A stretch of DNA of 64,000 nt, taken from assembly GCA_963663385.2 (NCBI GenBank), contig CAXXXD010000002.1, positions 480,001 through 544,000 of the forward strand, read 5' to 3'. This DNA comes from Oceanispirochaeta sp. (GTDB lineage Bacteria; Spirochaetota; Spirochaetia; DSM-2461). The translations under genes were made by a program, and so were the position numbers. The notes beneath the pieces are model-generated. The model was not told where the DNA came from and searched no databases. It worked only from the letters and a program-made list of their open reading frames with translations. Position 1 is the first letter of the stretch. Each line of letters opens with the position of its first letter. This document shows, piece after piece, positions 51,269-62,166 of this stretch.

Positions 51269-52059
51269 GCAGCCGGTATTTAAAACCGAAAACGATAGAA
51301 GAAGCCCTGATGATGAAGAAGGAATACCCCGGGAGTCTCTACCTGGGCGGCGGAACGGAAATCAACAATCCGTCTACGGAAATTCAGGCGGAAACCCTGA
51401 TCTCCCTGGATGATCTGAATCTGAAAGCCTGCGTTAAAGGGAACCATAACTATATCCTGGGGGCATCAGCCACCTTTCAGGAACTGATTGACTGGGAGGA
51501 GTGTTCTCCTGTCCTGAAGGAAGCCGCCGGTTTCCTCTATTCCAGGAATGTCCGGAATATGGCGACTGTGGGAGGCAATATAGGGGCCCATCTGAAACAG
51601 TCCTATCTGGTTCCTGTTCTTATGGTGCTGGAAGCGGATGTGGAACTGGGGAATGATGAGGTCATTCCCCTGGAACAGTATGTCAAAGAGGGGCGGAATG
51701 ATCTTATCCTTAATGTCCGTTTTTCCCATATCAAAGGAAAAGCCGCTGTAAAGAACCTTACCAGAACCGCCGGGGGAGAGACAATTGTATCTGCCGCTGT
51801 GGCGGTGGAACAGGAAGATGGAAAAATCACCAAAGCCCTTATTGCGGTAGGCGGTCTTTTTGACAGAGTGACCAGACTGACCTCAGTTGAAGAGGCTCTG
51901 GTCATGGGAAAGCTGAAAACAGGCGAAGAGATTCAGGATGCCGTGAACGAATCGGTCAGTGCCGAAGAGGATTACCTGGGGTCCGCCGCCTATAAGAAAT
52001 ATATCTGTGGAATTATTGTTGCCGACTGCGTGGCAAAATGTATGAGGGGGGAGTCATGA
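51265..52059 (+). CDS. Molybdopterin oxidoreductase FAD-binding subunit (YgfM-like)
   Basis: YLGGGTEIN, SRNVRNMATVGGNI, GSAAYKKY. Confidence 0.85.
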   Translation: MSSRYLKPKTIEEALMMKKEYPGSLYLGGGTEINNPSTEIQAETLISLDDLNLKACVKGNHNYILGASATFQELIDWEECSPVLKEAAGFLYSRNVRNMATVGGNIGAHLKQSYLVPVLMVLEADVELGNDEVIPLEQYVKEGRNDLILNVRFSHIKGKAAVKNLTRTAGGETIVSAAVAVEQEDGKITKALIAVGGLFDRVTRLTSVEEALVMGKLKTGEEIQDAVNESVSAEEDYLGSAAYKKYICGIIVADCVAKCMRGES

Positions 52060-54941
52060 ATCAGAAAATTACCCTGGAATGGGTTCTGAACGGAAAAACC
52101 CTGTTTACAGAAACCGATCCTTTTGTAAATGTACAGGTTCTGCTGAAGCAGATGGGAATCCTCTCTGTCCGCGACAGCGATAATCATACGGGTTTTGCCG
52201 GAAGCGATACGATCCTTCTGGATGGAAAACCTGTTAATGCGGGGTTGATGATAGCCGCTCAGCTGGACGGTCACGATGTGGTCACCGCTGAGTTTCTGGC
52301 AAAGGGCAATCAAATGGATCCCGTTCAGGCCGCTCTGGTGGATGCCGGTGCGGTTCAGTCCGGTTACAACGCCCCCGCCTCGGCTCTGGTCCTGACAGAC
52401 CTGCTCAACCGCTGCAGCAACCCCACGGAAGAGGAGATCCGGGATGCCTTTTCCAGCCTCTACTTCCGGGACAACGGGTATATCCCCCTGTTCAAGGCGG
52501 TTGAGCTGGCTATCAAGTACCGGGAAAACGATACAGAGGATCTGGCAATCGCTCCCGAATTCAGGGACGATCTGCGGGATGTGGGAAAGCCCCGGCGAAA
52601 GATCGACGGTTCCAAACTGGTTATGGGCCGCAGGGCTTTTGTGGAAGACCGGGTGGATCCCAATCCTCTTTATATGAAGGTTCTCCGAAGCCGTTTCGCC
52701 CACGCCTATATCAAAAGCATCGATACCTCCATGGCAGAATCCCTGCCGGGCGTACACAGCATCATTACTCACGAAAACTGCCCCGATGTCTATTACGGCT
52801 CTGCCGGTCAGGGATTTCCCGAACCTTCTCCCTACGATAAGAGGATGTTCAGTCAGAAAATCCGCCATGCCGGAGACCGTGTGGCCGCCGTTGTCGCCGA
52901 GTCGGAACAGATTGCCCTGGATGCCCTGGCCCTGATCCATGTGGAGTATGAAGCCCTTCCCCCGGTTTTCACCGTGGATGAAGCTAAAGCCGAAGGGGCT
53001 CCTGTCGTACAGAATGGAACAATTGAGTATGTTGTCGGCGCTCCGGACGATCTTGAAGAGCAGAACAAAACCGCCGATCCCCGGGACGGTAAGATAATCT
53101 ACCAGTTTCCCATCGGAGCGGATCCCCGTAAAAACATCGCCGCCAGCGTTTCCGGCGGTATCGGGGATATGGACAAGGGCTTCAGGGACGCGGAAGTTAT
53201 TATTGAACGGGAGTACGAAACTACCCAGATTCAGTGTACCCCCCTGGAACCCCATACGGTATATACCAAAATGGAAGGGGACCGTCTGGTCATTCATGCT
53301 TCCACCCAGGTTCCCTGGCACCTCAGGCGGATTGTCGCCCGGGTTCTGGGAATCAAGGAGAACAGGATACAGGTTATTAAGGAACGAACCGGCGGCGCCT
53401 ACGGTTCCAAGCAGGATATCCTTCTGGAGGAACTGGCCGCCTGGGTTACCTGGACCTCCGGACAATCCGTATTCTATCAGCATACAAGAGAAGAGGAGTT
53501 TATCGCCTGTTCCACCCGTTTCCCCATGAAGATGGGGGTTAAGCTGGGAGCCCGAAAAGACGGGACCCTGACAGCTGTTCATATGACGGTGGACGCCAAC
53601 TCCGGTCCCTTCGGGAACCACTGCCTGACCGTTCCCATGAACGCCTGCTCCAAGTCGCTGCCCCTCTTTTTGTGCGACAACTTTCACTTTGATGTGACAA
53701 CCTACTATACCAATATTCCCCCCACCGGCGCCTATCAGGGATACGGCGCTCCCAAGGGATCCTACGCCCTGCAGATGGCCATTGCCGAACTGGCGGAAGA
53801 ACTGAAGATGGACCCCCTGGCTCTGATTGAAAAAAACAGGGTAAGGGAAGGGGCCATGCTGGAAATCCTCAAGTGCCTGGGTGAGGGAAGGGAAGGAATC
53901 GCGGCTCCTGTTGAAAGCTGCGGTCTGGACGGTGCCCTGAAAGAGGGCGCCGAGATGATCGAGTGGGATAAAAAGGAAATATCCGATGACCCGGATGTGA
54001 AGATCGGAAAGGGCGTTGTTATCATTCAGCAGGGATCGGGACTCCCCGGTCTGGACCATTCCAATGCGGATGTCAAACTGATGACCGACGGAACCCTCAT
54101 CGTTCACACCGGCGGAACCGATCTGGGAACGGGACTGGATACGCTCTGTGTTAAAATTGCGGCGGAGGTGCTCTGTACCCCCATGGACGATATCGCCATC
54201 GTGGCGGCTGATACGGACAACACCTCCTTCGATACGGGAGCCTATGCGTCAAGCGGAACCTACTTTTCCGGCGGTGCGGTTTACAAAGCCGCGGGCGTTC
54301 TGAAGGACAAGATCCTGCAGGCGGCATCGGAAATGCTGAAGGAACCGGTGGAAGATCTGAGCCTGGAATTCCCCTCTTTTGTAAAAGGAAAGAAAGGACA
54401 GGTCAGCTTTGAGGATATCTCCCGGGACTCCCTGACCGGCGAAGGCCGGGGGCAGCTGATCGGTTTTGCCTCCTACACCACGGATGATTCCGCCTTCCCC
54501 TACGGGGCGCACTTCGCCCAGGTGGCGGTCAATACCCGCACCGGCGAGATCAAGGTACAGAAGTATTATGCCCTGCAGGACTGCGGAACCCCCATCAACC
54601 CCGAGCTGGCTCTGGGGCAGATCTACGGCGGTGTGGTTAAATCCATCGGCCATACCCTCTACGAAGAGATGGTCTTTGACGAAAAGGGCCGCTGTCTGAA
54701 CCCCGACCTGCGGCGTTACGGCGTTCCCCTGATCGGCGATATACCCGAGGATCTGGAAGCCCGTCTGGTTTACACCGATGATCCCTTCGGTCCCTTCGGC
54801 GGCAAGTCCATCTCCGAAATCAGCGTAAACGGCGCCGCTCCGGTTATTGCCAATGCGGTGCATGATGCCACGGGTATCTGGATACGGAAGTGGCCCATTA
54901 CACCCGAGAAGATTTTAAGGGAGCTGGGGAAAATTAAGTAG
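52056..54941 (+). CDS. xdhD: XdhD-like molybdopterin oxidoreductase (Cys-less FeS-like domain fused to Mo-binding domain)
   Basis: SVRDSD..GFAGSD, VQSGYN.PA, GGAYGSKQ, AYQGYGAP, GKSISEI. Confidence 0.82.
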   Translation: MNQKITLEWVLNGKTLFTETDPFVNVQVLLKQMGILSVRDSDNHTGFAGSDTILLDGKPVNAGLMIAAQLDGHDVVTAEFLAKGNQMDPVQAALVDAGAVQSGYNAPASALVLTDLLNRCSNPTEEEIRDAFSSLYFRDNGYIPLFKAVELAIKYRENDTEDLAIAPEFRDDLRDVGKPRRKIDGSKLVMGRRAFVEDRVDPNPLYMKVLRSRFAHAYIKSIDTSMAESLPGVHSIITHENCPDVYYGSAGQGFPEPSPYDKRMFSQKIRHAGDRVAAVVAESEQIALDALALIHVEYEALPPVFTVDEAKAEGAPVVQNGTIEYVVGAPDDLEEQNKTADPRDGKIIYQFPIGADPRKNIAASVSGGIGDMDKGFRDAEVIIEREYETTQIQCTPLEPHTVYTKMEGDRLVIHASTQVPWHLRRIVARVLGIKENRIQVIKERTGGAYGSKQDILLEELAAWVTWTSGQSVFYQHTREEEFIACSTRFPMKMGVKLGARKDGTLTAVHMTVDANSGPFGNHCLTVPMNACSKSLPLFLCDNFHFDVTTYYTNIPPTGAYQGYGAPKGSYALQMAIAELAEELKMDPLALIEKNRVREGAMLEILKCLGEGREGIAAPVESCGLDGALKEGAEMIEWDKKEISDDPDVKIGKGVVIIQQGSGLPGLDHSNADVKLMTDGTLIVHTGGTDLGTGLDTLCVKIAAEVLCTPMDDIAIVAADTDNTSFDTGAYASSGTYFSGGAVYKAAGVLKDKILQAASEMLKEPVEDLSLEFPSFVKGKKGQVSFEDISRDSLTGEGRGQLIGFASYTTDDSAFPYGAHFAQVAVNTRTGEIKVQKYYALQDCGTPINPELALGQIYGGVVKSIGHTLYEEMVFDEKGRCLNPDLRRYGVPLIGDIPEDLEARLVYTDDPFGPFGGKSISEISVNGAAPVIANAVHDATGIWIRKWPITPEKILRELGKIK

Positions 54942-54963
54942 ATAAGAACCTCATGATTCTTAG

Positions 54964-54992
54964 GATAATCCGCAATCTGATTGCGGATTATC
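54964..54992. repeat. Perfect 14-bp palindrome downstream of xdhD
   Basis: GATAATCCGCAATC-t-GATTGCGGATTATC. Confidence 0.7.
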
Positions 54993-55089
54993 TGCATTTT
55001 AAATGCGTAATTGTATCCATTTGGGTATAGAAGCAGACTCAGTCTGTTGAATATGAGATAATTCTTTGGATTAAAAAAGTCAACAAATT

Positions 55090-55121
55090 AGGCAGTCCTT
55101 AATTAACGGCTGCCTTTTTTT
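55090..55121 (+). terminator. Intrinsic terminator-like hairpin
   Basis: AGGCAGTC..GGCTGCCT followed by a T run. Confidence 0.65.
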
Positions 55122-55189
55122 ATTGTGTTTTTTTAAAACCGTGTATATTATTATCTGTGTTGAAGCTTAAATCTATGGAGTGAAAAATA

Positions 55190-57037
55190 ATGAAAAAGTA
55201 CCTATCTCTTTTTCTCCTGCTGCCGTTCCTGTTCTTTATGAGCTGTGAATTATTTGACAGTGGAAGTGATAAAGACGATGACGATGATGATGATAATAAT
55301 ACTGAGCAGGTCAGCGGCCTACAGTTTAATATCAGCGGGGCGAAGGCGTTAGCCGGTGGCAGTTCAAGCAGTTCCGGGGTGGAAATGTCCCGTTCCGCCA
55401 GAACGGCAATGTCGGCGGATCTGGTGAAAATCCTGGAAGATGGAACCATAGAAGCTGCGTTAAGTTTTGGTGATGACAACTACAGCTGGACCCCCAATAT
55501 TTCCTTTATGTCTGTTGGGGAGGACGGGAGTGTGTATATCTGTTTTGAATCAATGTATTCTGAGTGGAATTATGATGAAACGGATGGTTCCTCATCAACT
55601 ACCTATCTTCAATTTGTTAGAGTCTATCCTGACAATACCTATGATGTCCTATGGCCACATGAAACAGATTCTGATGAGTATCCCAGTGAGACCATTCAAA
55701 CCTGGACCTGGTATACCGATATGGATATGGATCCATTGGTGAAAGATTCCTCTGGTAATATATATTTTATGACACAGAGCTGGACTAATAGTAAAACTGT
55801 AAACCATATTTATAAGTATTCACCGTCTAGTGGTGGAAGCCCGGTAAGGGTTACTCCGGCAAATTCAACAATGACGATTGATACGTTTAAGGTAGATTCC
55901 AATAGTAATCTTTATATTAAGTCCGGTTGGTCAACTTCTGATAGCTGGATGCGCTGTTATCTTTCGGGCGAAACAACACCTCAAAATATATATTTTACTT
56001 CAACTAATGATACCTGGATTCGAGGGTATAATACGGCTCCTACTGGTAGCGCTCTTATAATCAACGGTTATAATGTGCGGGGAATGAGCGGTATTATAAA
56101 AGCAACAGTAAGCTCTGGTTCTAATCCGGAAATCGATCTCCTATATAGCACCAATAGTTCCAGCTGGGTCTCTTTGGCCATGGATACGGATTACACATGG
56201 GATAATCCAACCAGTTTGATGAATTATACTTATACATATAATCAGGCAACATATTCGTATGATTATACTTTCAGTTGGGATAATGATGTATTATCAGATT
56301 CAAATGTTGTGGAAGATAAAATTCTTCAAAGGATTCAACCATATTATATTGGTGCAGTAACCCTTAAATCCGAGCCATCAGCTTCAGGATGGGATCTGGA
56401 TGCTTCTCCTATAGCTTCTGATGGAGGTTTCACATTTTCAACTGTTGGCGAATGGATTAAAGATCAACCGGAGGATTTTCTTAAAACATGTTTCACTGGA
56501 ACAATGATGAAGGACTGGCTTGCAAATAATAACCTGAGTTATTTCAGTTTTGATTATATTCAGAACATGATTTATGACACAGCCGGAAATCTGTATGGGG
56601 TTTACTTTGACTATAGCGGAACGGGAAATAAAATTGTGAAACTGTTAAATAGTGCTGGAGACCGCAATTTATCCATAATCAGTTCAGCCCATGGCGAAGA
56701 TAAACCGAGTATGATAAAATTTATTGGCAATTATATGTATTACAGATACTCTGTTATGGATGCTTCCGGTTATGAAACAGGTTACAACAAACTGGCCAGG
56801 CTTGATATTACTTCCAGTTCGGATAACAATGATGAGGAGATACTGACTGATAGTTTCTTTACCGGCAAGAATCTTCAGATCCTTACCTATGATGTTGCTG
56901 ACGATAATTCTGTGATGTACTTTTCCGCTTTGGATTATTTTACTAATGAAGTTATCTTTGGAAAAGTTGATTTGACAACCATGACATACAGTGATGTGGA
57001 TTATAGTTCTACATTCAGCGAAATAACCGTATTCTAA
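55190..57037 (+). CDS. Hypothetical surface lipoprotein, possibly beta-propeller
   Basis: FMSC lipobox, poly-Asp linker, beta-rich S/T/Y/D composition. Confidence 0.75.
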   Translation: MKKYLSLFLLLPFLFFMSCELFDSGSDKDDDDDDDNNTEQVSGLQFNISGAKALAGGSSSSSGVEMSRSARTAMSADLVKILEDGTIEAALSFGDDNYSWTPNISFMSVGEDGSVYICFESMYSEWNYDETDGSSSTTYLQFVRVYPDNTYDVLWPHETDSDEYPSETIQTWTWYTDMDMDPLVKDSSGNIYFMTQSWTNSKTVNHIYKYSPSSGGSPVRVTPANSTMTIDTFKVDSNSNLYIKSGWSTSDSWMRCYLSGETTPQNIYFTSTNDTWIRGYNTAPTGSALIINGYNVRGMSGIIKATVSSGSNPEIDLLYSTNSSSWVSLAMDTDYTWDNPTSLMNYTYTYNQATYSYDYTFSWDNDVLSDSNVVEDKILQRIQPYYIGAVTLKSEPSASGWDLDASPIASDGGFTFSTVGEWIKDQPEDFLKTCFTGTMMKDWLANNNLSYFSFDYIQNMIYDTAGNLYGVYFDYSGTGNKIVKLLNSAGDRNLSIISSAHGEDKPSMIKFIGNYMYYRYSVMDASGYETGYNKLARLDITSSSDNNDEEILTDSFFTGKNLQILTYDVADDNSVMYFSALDYFTNEVIFGKVDLTTMTYSDVDYSSTFSEITVF

Positions 57038-57061
57038 CACCGGTTATTACACGTTAATCAG

Positions 57062-57092
57062 AATCCTGCTGTTCATCAGCAGGATTTTTTTT
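57062..57092 (+). terminator. Intrinsic terminator
   Basis: AATCCTGCTG-ttcat-CAGCAGGATT + T run. Confidence 0.85.
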
Positions 57093-57322
57093 GTGAAGAT
57101 ATCTTCATATTCCGTTAAGAAATAGTAAAAAAATCCCTTTTAATGTGTGATTTTCTTGTTTTTTCTTTGATTTTCTGTAACCTTTGCTTTATCATTGTAC
57201 GTAGTGTTCGCTTATGGAGAAAAAGCCCCTGCCGGTTATACTATTCATTTTTGCGGATGCGGAATGTTGGTTATTTGGTCCGTCGGATCATGTAAGAAAA
57301 AGAAAATTTAGGAGAAGTGCTT

Positions 57323-59086
57323 ATGAAAAAACGCTTGTTATGTGTCATGATTATTTTGAGCGTAATTAGCGCCGCTGTGTTTGCTGATGAGGATTTTAGA
57401 GAGTCGTATACAAACGATGTCACATCAGGAATTTTTAGTGAAGACCAGGATAACTATCTCAGTACAACTGGTTTTGGAAATCTTGAGAGTAACAAACTGT
57501 TTATGTCTCTCGGTTCTCCTGATGAAAGTTCCGGTGCTTTTCAGATTGGAACAGCAAACTTTTTTGACAATCTATATATTGGAACTAGTTTTTATATAGA
57601 TGAATTGGGTACTCAGGGTAATTCAGGTACAGATGTATCAATTACACAGACATCAGATATCGATTATAATAAAACAGCAAGTGGAACTGTCACATCAATT
57701 ACAACTACTGAAAATGAAAAAATAGAATCAACTTATAAATTCGGTAATTCAGGCCAGGTTCTTGTCGGTGTTGGTGATATTGGTATTTCTGTCTACGGTG
57801 GTATGTTTAAATCTGATACAACCGGTACATATGATGGTTATGGTAGTATTGGAACTTCTCAATCTATAGTAAGCAAAGATATGGATGGTAATGTTCTTTC
57901 TGACTATTCAAAAGATTACGATGGCGGTTACCACAATGATTCAACAATTCAGGTATCTCTGGAAGTTGGAGTACCTGTCGGTTCCCTGGATATTAAAGCT
58001 GGTGTATGGACCGAGATTGTTAATGATGAAGAAAAATATACTTACAAAGAAGTTCGGGAAACACCTAATGCCGGTTTTGCAGAATATGAGGGAACGGATG
58101 ATGTTCAGTACTATAAAAAAGAAACCGGAACAAGTTCCAGATTCTCTATTGATAGTGATTCTCTGACAGATTACTGGGCCAATTCAAACGATGGAAATTA
58201 TATAAATATCATTCCCAGTGTCAGTGTTGATACGGCATTTGATACCCCCCTGTTTGGAGGAACAACTCTTGATGTTGGTCTGGCTTATAAGCTTGGTTTG
58301 ATGCTGAGTCCTGTAAGTGAAGAAAGTACTTCTATAACTGAGTATAAAACCAATAATACTGCCGACCCCGGATATGTTAGGACTACTTTAGTTGAAACTG
58401 AAGAAGAAGAGGCTGATGATATCTCCTATATGAACCACATGATTTACCCTTCTTTCAAGTTGACCAAAGATTTTGGTGATTCTGTGAAACTGGGTGTTTC
58501 TTATAAGCCAATGATTTCAATCATCAATCAGGAAGTAACAGATACACATTCCAAAACAGTTACTACTACCTATGATGACGGCAGAGCTGCAACAGATGAT
58601 GATTATGTAGAAGTTGTAACAACCTCTTATGCTGATGAAACCACAACTACCGAGACTTTCAAATATGATTATGATTTGGGTGTTGGTGCTCAGTTTATGC
58701 TGAAAGAACGTTTGAGAATCAATGTTGGTGCAAAGGCAACTGTTCAGGCTCTGACAATAGCTTCTGAAAAGAAAGATGTTGATGGTATTGGAGAAGTTCA
58801 GACTGTAAGATACAGACCTGATGAAGATGGGACAAGCTACACCACTACTTATTCAGAATCAGATCCGGATCCGGATCCTGATAGTGATCCTTCTACAGAT
58901 GATGGAACAACTCCTGCTCAGACTCAGTATAACCAGAATCTTGGTATAACAATGGCCTATGAAGCTGGTTTTACCTTCTTCTACAATGACAGTCTTACAC
59001 TGGATATGAAAGCAAACATGTTAGGAACAACTACAAATGTATTTGCATTTGATACATGGTCTGCAGAATTCACATTTTCTTACTAA
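57323..59086 (+). CDS. Putative outer-membrane beta-barrel protein with long acidic loops
   Basis: Signal peptide (AVFA), amphipathic strands, C-terminal WSAEFTFSY aromatic signature. Confidence 0.7.
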   Translation: MKKRLLCVMIILSVISAAVFADEDFRESYTNDVTSGIFSEDQDNYLSTTGFGNLESNKLFMSLGSPDESSGAFQIGTANFFDNLYIGTSFYIDELGTQGNSGTDVSITQTSDIDYNKTASGTVTSITTTENEKIESTYKFGNSGQVLVGVGDIGISVYGGMFKSDTTGTYDGYGSIGTSQSIVSKDMDGNVLSDYSKDYDGGYHNDSTIQVSLEVGVPVGSLDIKAGVWTEIVNDEEKYTYKEVRETPNAGFAEYEGTDDVQYYKKETGTSSRFSIDSDSLTDYWANSNDGNYINIIPSVSVDTAFDTPLFGGTTLDVGLAYKLGLMLSPVSEESTSITEYKTNNTADPGYVRTTLVETEEEEADDISYMNHMIYPSFKLTKDFGDSVKLGVSYKPMISIINQEVTDTHSKTVTTTYDDGRAATDDDYVEVVTTSYADETTTTETFKYDYDLGVGAQFMLKERLRINVGAKATVQALTIASEKKDVDGIGEVQTVRYRPDEDGTSYTTTYSESDPDPDPDSDPSTDDGTTPAQTQYNQNLGITMAYEAGFTFFYNDSLTLDMKANMLGTTTNVFAFDTWSAEFTFSY

Positions 59087-59105
59087 GAGAAAAGGAGCAT
59101 AGAGT

Positions 59106-60446
59106 ATGAATAAAACTATAAAGATTCTTTTTTCTCTTCTGATTATGGCTGCTTTGGTGATGACCGGATGTAATGTCGGTAGTTTTTCACCTGAAATCGG
59201 AGGGGAAGACGACGTAATAGCAAGTATTGCTACTAATACGAATGGATTAAGTACAACTAATCTGGTTGTTGGTACTGCAACTGGTACCCTGTCAAATACA
59301 ACCGGTCAGGTAATAACTATCACCTTTACTGGGATTGTAGATGTATCAGGAACAACAATTCCCGGACTGTCCATTACCAATATGGGTACCATTACCGGTG
59401 CAACAGCTGGTGTAGCTAAATCTCAGGGATCGGCTCTGACTTATACTGCTGAAGTCTTCCAGACAGGAGCCAACTCTTCTACTGCTTATTTGACTCTGGA
59501 CTGTACCAGTGCGACAAGCTGGATTGAGCTGATTATCGATGCCGGTTCCGTAACTGGTAACGGCGGAACCATTCATTTGTCATCCGGTGATGATGAGATC
59601 CCCGGTGAAGACGAAGATGATTATATCAAAGAGTTTGCTGTAACCGGCGGTACACCAGTAACCAATGACGGTACTGTAAGGGATCCTGATGCAACCGTTA
59701 CGATAACTCCTCTTGCAATGGGTGTTAATGAAATCACTACTACTGTAACAGATACTGTTAATACCCATGATTTTGCATTGGCTACTCTCAGCTCTGCTGT
59801 AAGTGTTTATTCATTTTCAAATGGAGCCTATACATTATTTACCCATACACCTGCTTTCAATACGACCACCGGTGTATACTCCATCCCCGCGACAACAACC
59901 GGTAATCAGCTCTATAAAATCTACTGGAATGAATATGATATTGTAGAGAATGCTGCCAAGAATGGTTATTTTCACAGAGTCAGTTTTGATCAGCTTGATG
60001 ATGATAACCTGAGTGATAATTCTGCCATTCTTTCTGTTGGAACTTTCAGGTCATTTAATAATTCTGCCCAGTCATTTGCCGGTCAGCCTACTATTACTAT
60101 TGACAGTAATGGTGGTTATATCAATATGGCTCAGATTACTGCAGCCAATGTCTCTGTAAAGGTATTTGTAGATACAGGTAACGATGGTCAGATTGATAAT
60201 CCTAATTCAGACTGGGTGTATGATGTAGATTTTACAGTACGGAAAGTTGATGATGATACTTTTATGCTGTATCTGCCTGCAGAGATCGGTATTGATGGTG
60301 ACTGGTCTTACGTTGTAACTATTCAGCCTGTAATTCAGGATCTTGGTGCTACCTATCCCACAACTCCTGCAGACACAACAGATGACTACATGCATGTCTC
60401 CACAACTTCGGAAGATGGTGCATTTGTTCTGACAGGTAACTTCTAA
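59106..60446 (+). CDS. Hypothetical Thr-rich lipoprotein (Ig-like folds likely)
   Basis: VMTGC lipobox; T/G/V-rich beta composition. Confidence 0.72.
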   Translation: MNKTIKILFSLLIMAALVMTGCNVGSFSPEIGGEDDVIASIATNTNGLSTTNLVVGTATGTLSNTTGQVITITFTGIVDVSGTTIPGLSITNMGTITGATAGVAKSQGSALTYTAEVFQTGANSSTAYLTLDCTSATSWIELIIDAGSVTGNGGTIHLSSGDDEIPGEDEDDYIKEFAVTGGTPVTNDGTVRDPDATVTITPLAMGVNEITTTVTDTVNTHDFALATLSSAVSVYSFSNGAYTLFTHTPAFNTTTGVYSIPATTTGNQLYKIYWNEYDIVENAAKNGYFHRVSFDQLDDDNLSDNSAILSVGTFRSFNNSAQSFAGQPTITIDSNGGYINMAQITAANVSVKVFVDTGNDGQIDNPNSDWVYDVDFTVRKVDDDTFMLYLPAEIGIDGDWSYVVTIQPVIQDLGATYPTTPADTTDDYMHVSTTSEDGAFVLTGNF

Positions 60447-60469
60447 GTTCATTTTATAGCTACTTGTTT

Positions 60470-60505
60470 GGACTGCCCCAAAGGGGCGGGGCAGTCCTTT
60501 GTTTT
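60470..60505 (+). terminator. Intrinsic terminator
   Basis: GGACTGCCCC..GGGGCAGTCC + TTTGTTTT. Confidence 0.8.
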
Positions 60506-60650
60506 GATAAACCCGAAACCGGACGGCACCAGCCGCCCGGTTTTTTAAATTCACCCGGAGTAACTGAATACCCCCATTTTCAGTTTCAGGATAGCTTTTT
60601 CTTTGTATAGGAATTACAATAAACCAATATAAATAGAAAAAGGTTTCATC

Positions 60651-61427
60651 ATGAATAGAATAAGTGATCCGGCCCCTTTCGACCTCCATCCCGTTCCAAA
60701 TGCAGCATTAAGCTCCCTGTCCAAGCTGATTTTTGAAAATGAATACCTGCCCAAGGCTTTTGCCTATGATGTACTGGAAGCGAACGGGCGTTCCTATGAG
60801 TAACGATTGGCCTCCTGTCAGTTTATTACTTCACCGGATGAACCGGTTCCGACTGTATCGGGTCTTTTGACTCTGGGACTGAGTCCTCAGGATTACCTTC
60901 CAGACTCTGCCGTACAATTTTTGAGGATTGACGGAAACGAACTGGCCGACCCGGTACTGGATGAGCAGCTTATTACGGGAACCATTCCGGAAATCCTGCG
61001 GAAAACCGAAGAAAAGCTGATGGCCCATAACAGAACGGCCGTTGATATAACCAGCTCTCCCGTTCATAAACGGAGCATGCCTTATCCTCCGGCTGCGTTT
61101 CAGCAGATACTATACAATGCCGTACTGCACCGCAGTTACGAACGGACGAATGCTCCCGTCAGGGTGTACAGGTTTTCTGACAGAATAGAAATAAGCAGTC
61201 CGGGAGGCCCTTTTGGCAATGTTACTGCCGAAAACTTTGGAAATCCCGGAATTACAGACTATCGGAACCCTAATATGGCTGCTGTTCTGAAAAACTACGG
61301 GTATATTCAGGCCTTCGGCAGAGGGCTTGCCGTAGCGGAAAAAGCCCTGAAGGATAATGGAAATCCTCCCCTGGAATTTGATGTGAACCCAAGCGCTGTA
61401 GTGTGTACTCTCAAGAGGCCTCTCTGA
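60651..61427 (+). pseudogene. Truncated RecG-like C-terminal (HATPase_c_4) ATP-binding protein with an internal stop
   Basis: ATG 60651 in frame with TAA 60801-60803; downstream YP..A..QILYNAVLHRSY, DRIEISSPGG, YRNPNMA..GRG motifs; N-terminal domain missing. Confidence 0.75.
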
Positions 61428-62083
61428 TGGCTGTACCCGTATTTACGCTTTTTTACAACAAAGGCGGAGTGGGTAAAGCATCCCTTCTCTACTACCTGTC
61501 CTGGATGTATGCCGAACTGGGAAAGAAGGTTGTGGTGGCAGACCTCGATTCTCAGGCAAATCTGACAGATGCTTTCCTTGAGGAAGAAAAATAGACAAAT
61601 ATCTGGAAAGAGTCTCCCGAATCCGGGTCTCACCTCGAATTCAAACTTCCCTCAGCGGAAATGAAATCCCTGGGTTATCTGTGTCAGCAGCACAGTGTCC
61701 GATTTGACCGCCCTGTTAAAGCCTATGACCGCTGGGTAAACAGAATCCCTTCTGTTTATCGACAGGCTGTACTGAATGAAACAAATCCTCCGATTATAGA
61801 AATGGCCGATGATCCCTTCTGCCTTGCTACGATCAGGCACTACAGGAGTCTTGTCCCCATGGCTCAGGAATTCCGCAAGCCCATATTTCATCTGACCGCA
61901 GCGGACGGAGCCATTGGGAGTCATGCCAATGCTGTTAGGGACGCCGCCCGTGATTTTCGCAATCTGGCACTGAAAATTTCTTCCCTGATGGAGGAATCTG
62001 TTAAAGAGAATTTCAATCAGGTCCTGAACAAAATAAAGGAAAACTCTAATACCGAAGATCTCCCTGACTGGGATAAAATCTGA
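61427..62083 (+). pseudogene. ParA family ATPase relic: internal TAG and large in-frame deletion
   Basis: NKGGVGKA(T)S, ADLDSQANLT, TAG at 61592-61594, then the same frame continues into a C-terminal part (RKPIFHLTAADGAIGSH). Confidence 0.75.
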
Positions 62084-62089
62084 TAATTT

Positions 62090-62124
62090 ATAGCAACCAC
62101 TGTTACTGTAACAACGGTTGCTAT
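62090..62124. terminator. Hairpin between convergent genes
   Basis: ATAGCAACC...GGTTGCTAT with inner TGTTAC/GTAACA. Confidence 0.6.
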
Positions 62125-62166
62125 AATGTGAAGAACATCCAATGAAAAATAAATAATCCGTATTTT

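Noticed and set aside
52056..52500. Loss of FeS cysteines in the XdhD N-terminus as a sign of pseudogenisation or novelty
   Set aside because: As I recall, E. coli XdhD has the same Cys-less motifs (GFAGSD, VQSGYN), so this is a family trait
25964..54863. Long antisense ORFs (25964-26932 +, 32681-33559 -, 44678-45889 +, 51990-54107 -, 54249-54863 -)
   Set aside because: Each lies opposite a well-supported gene and has no recognisable motifs
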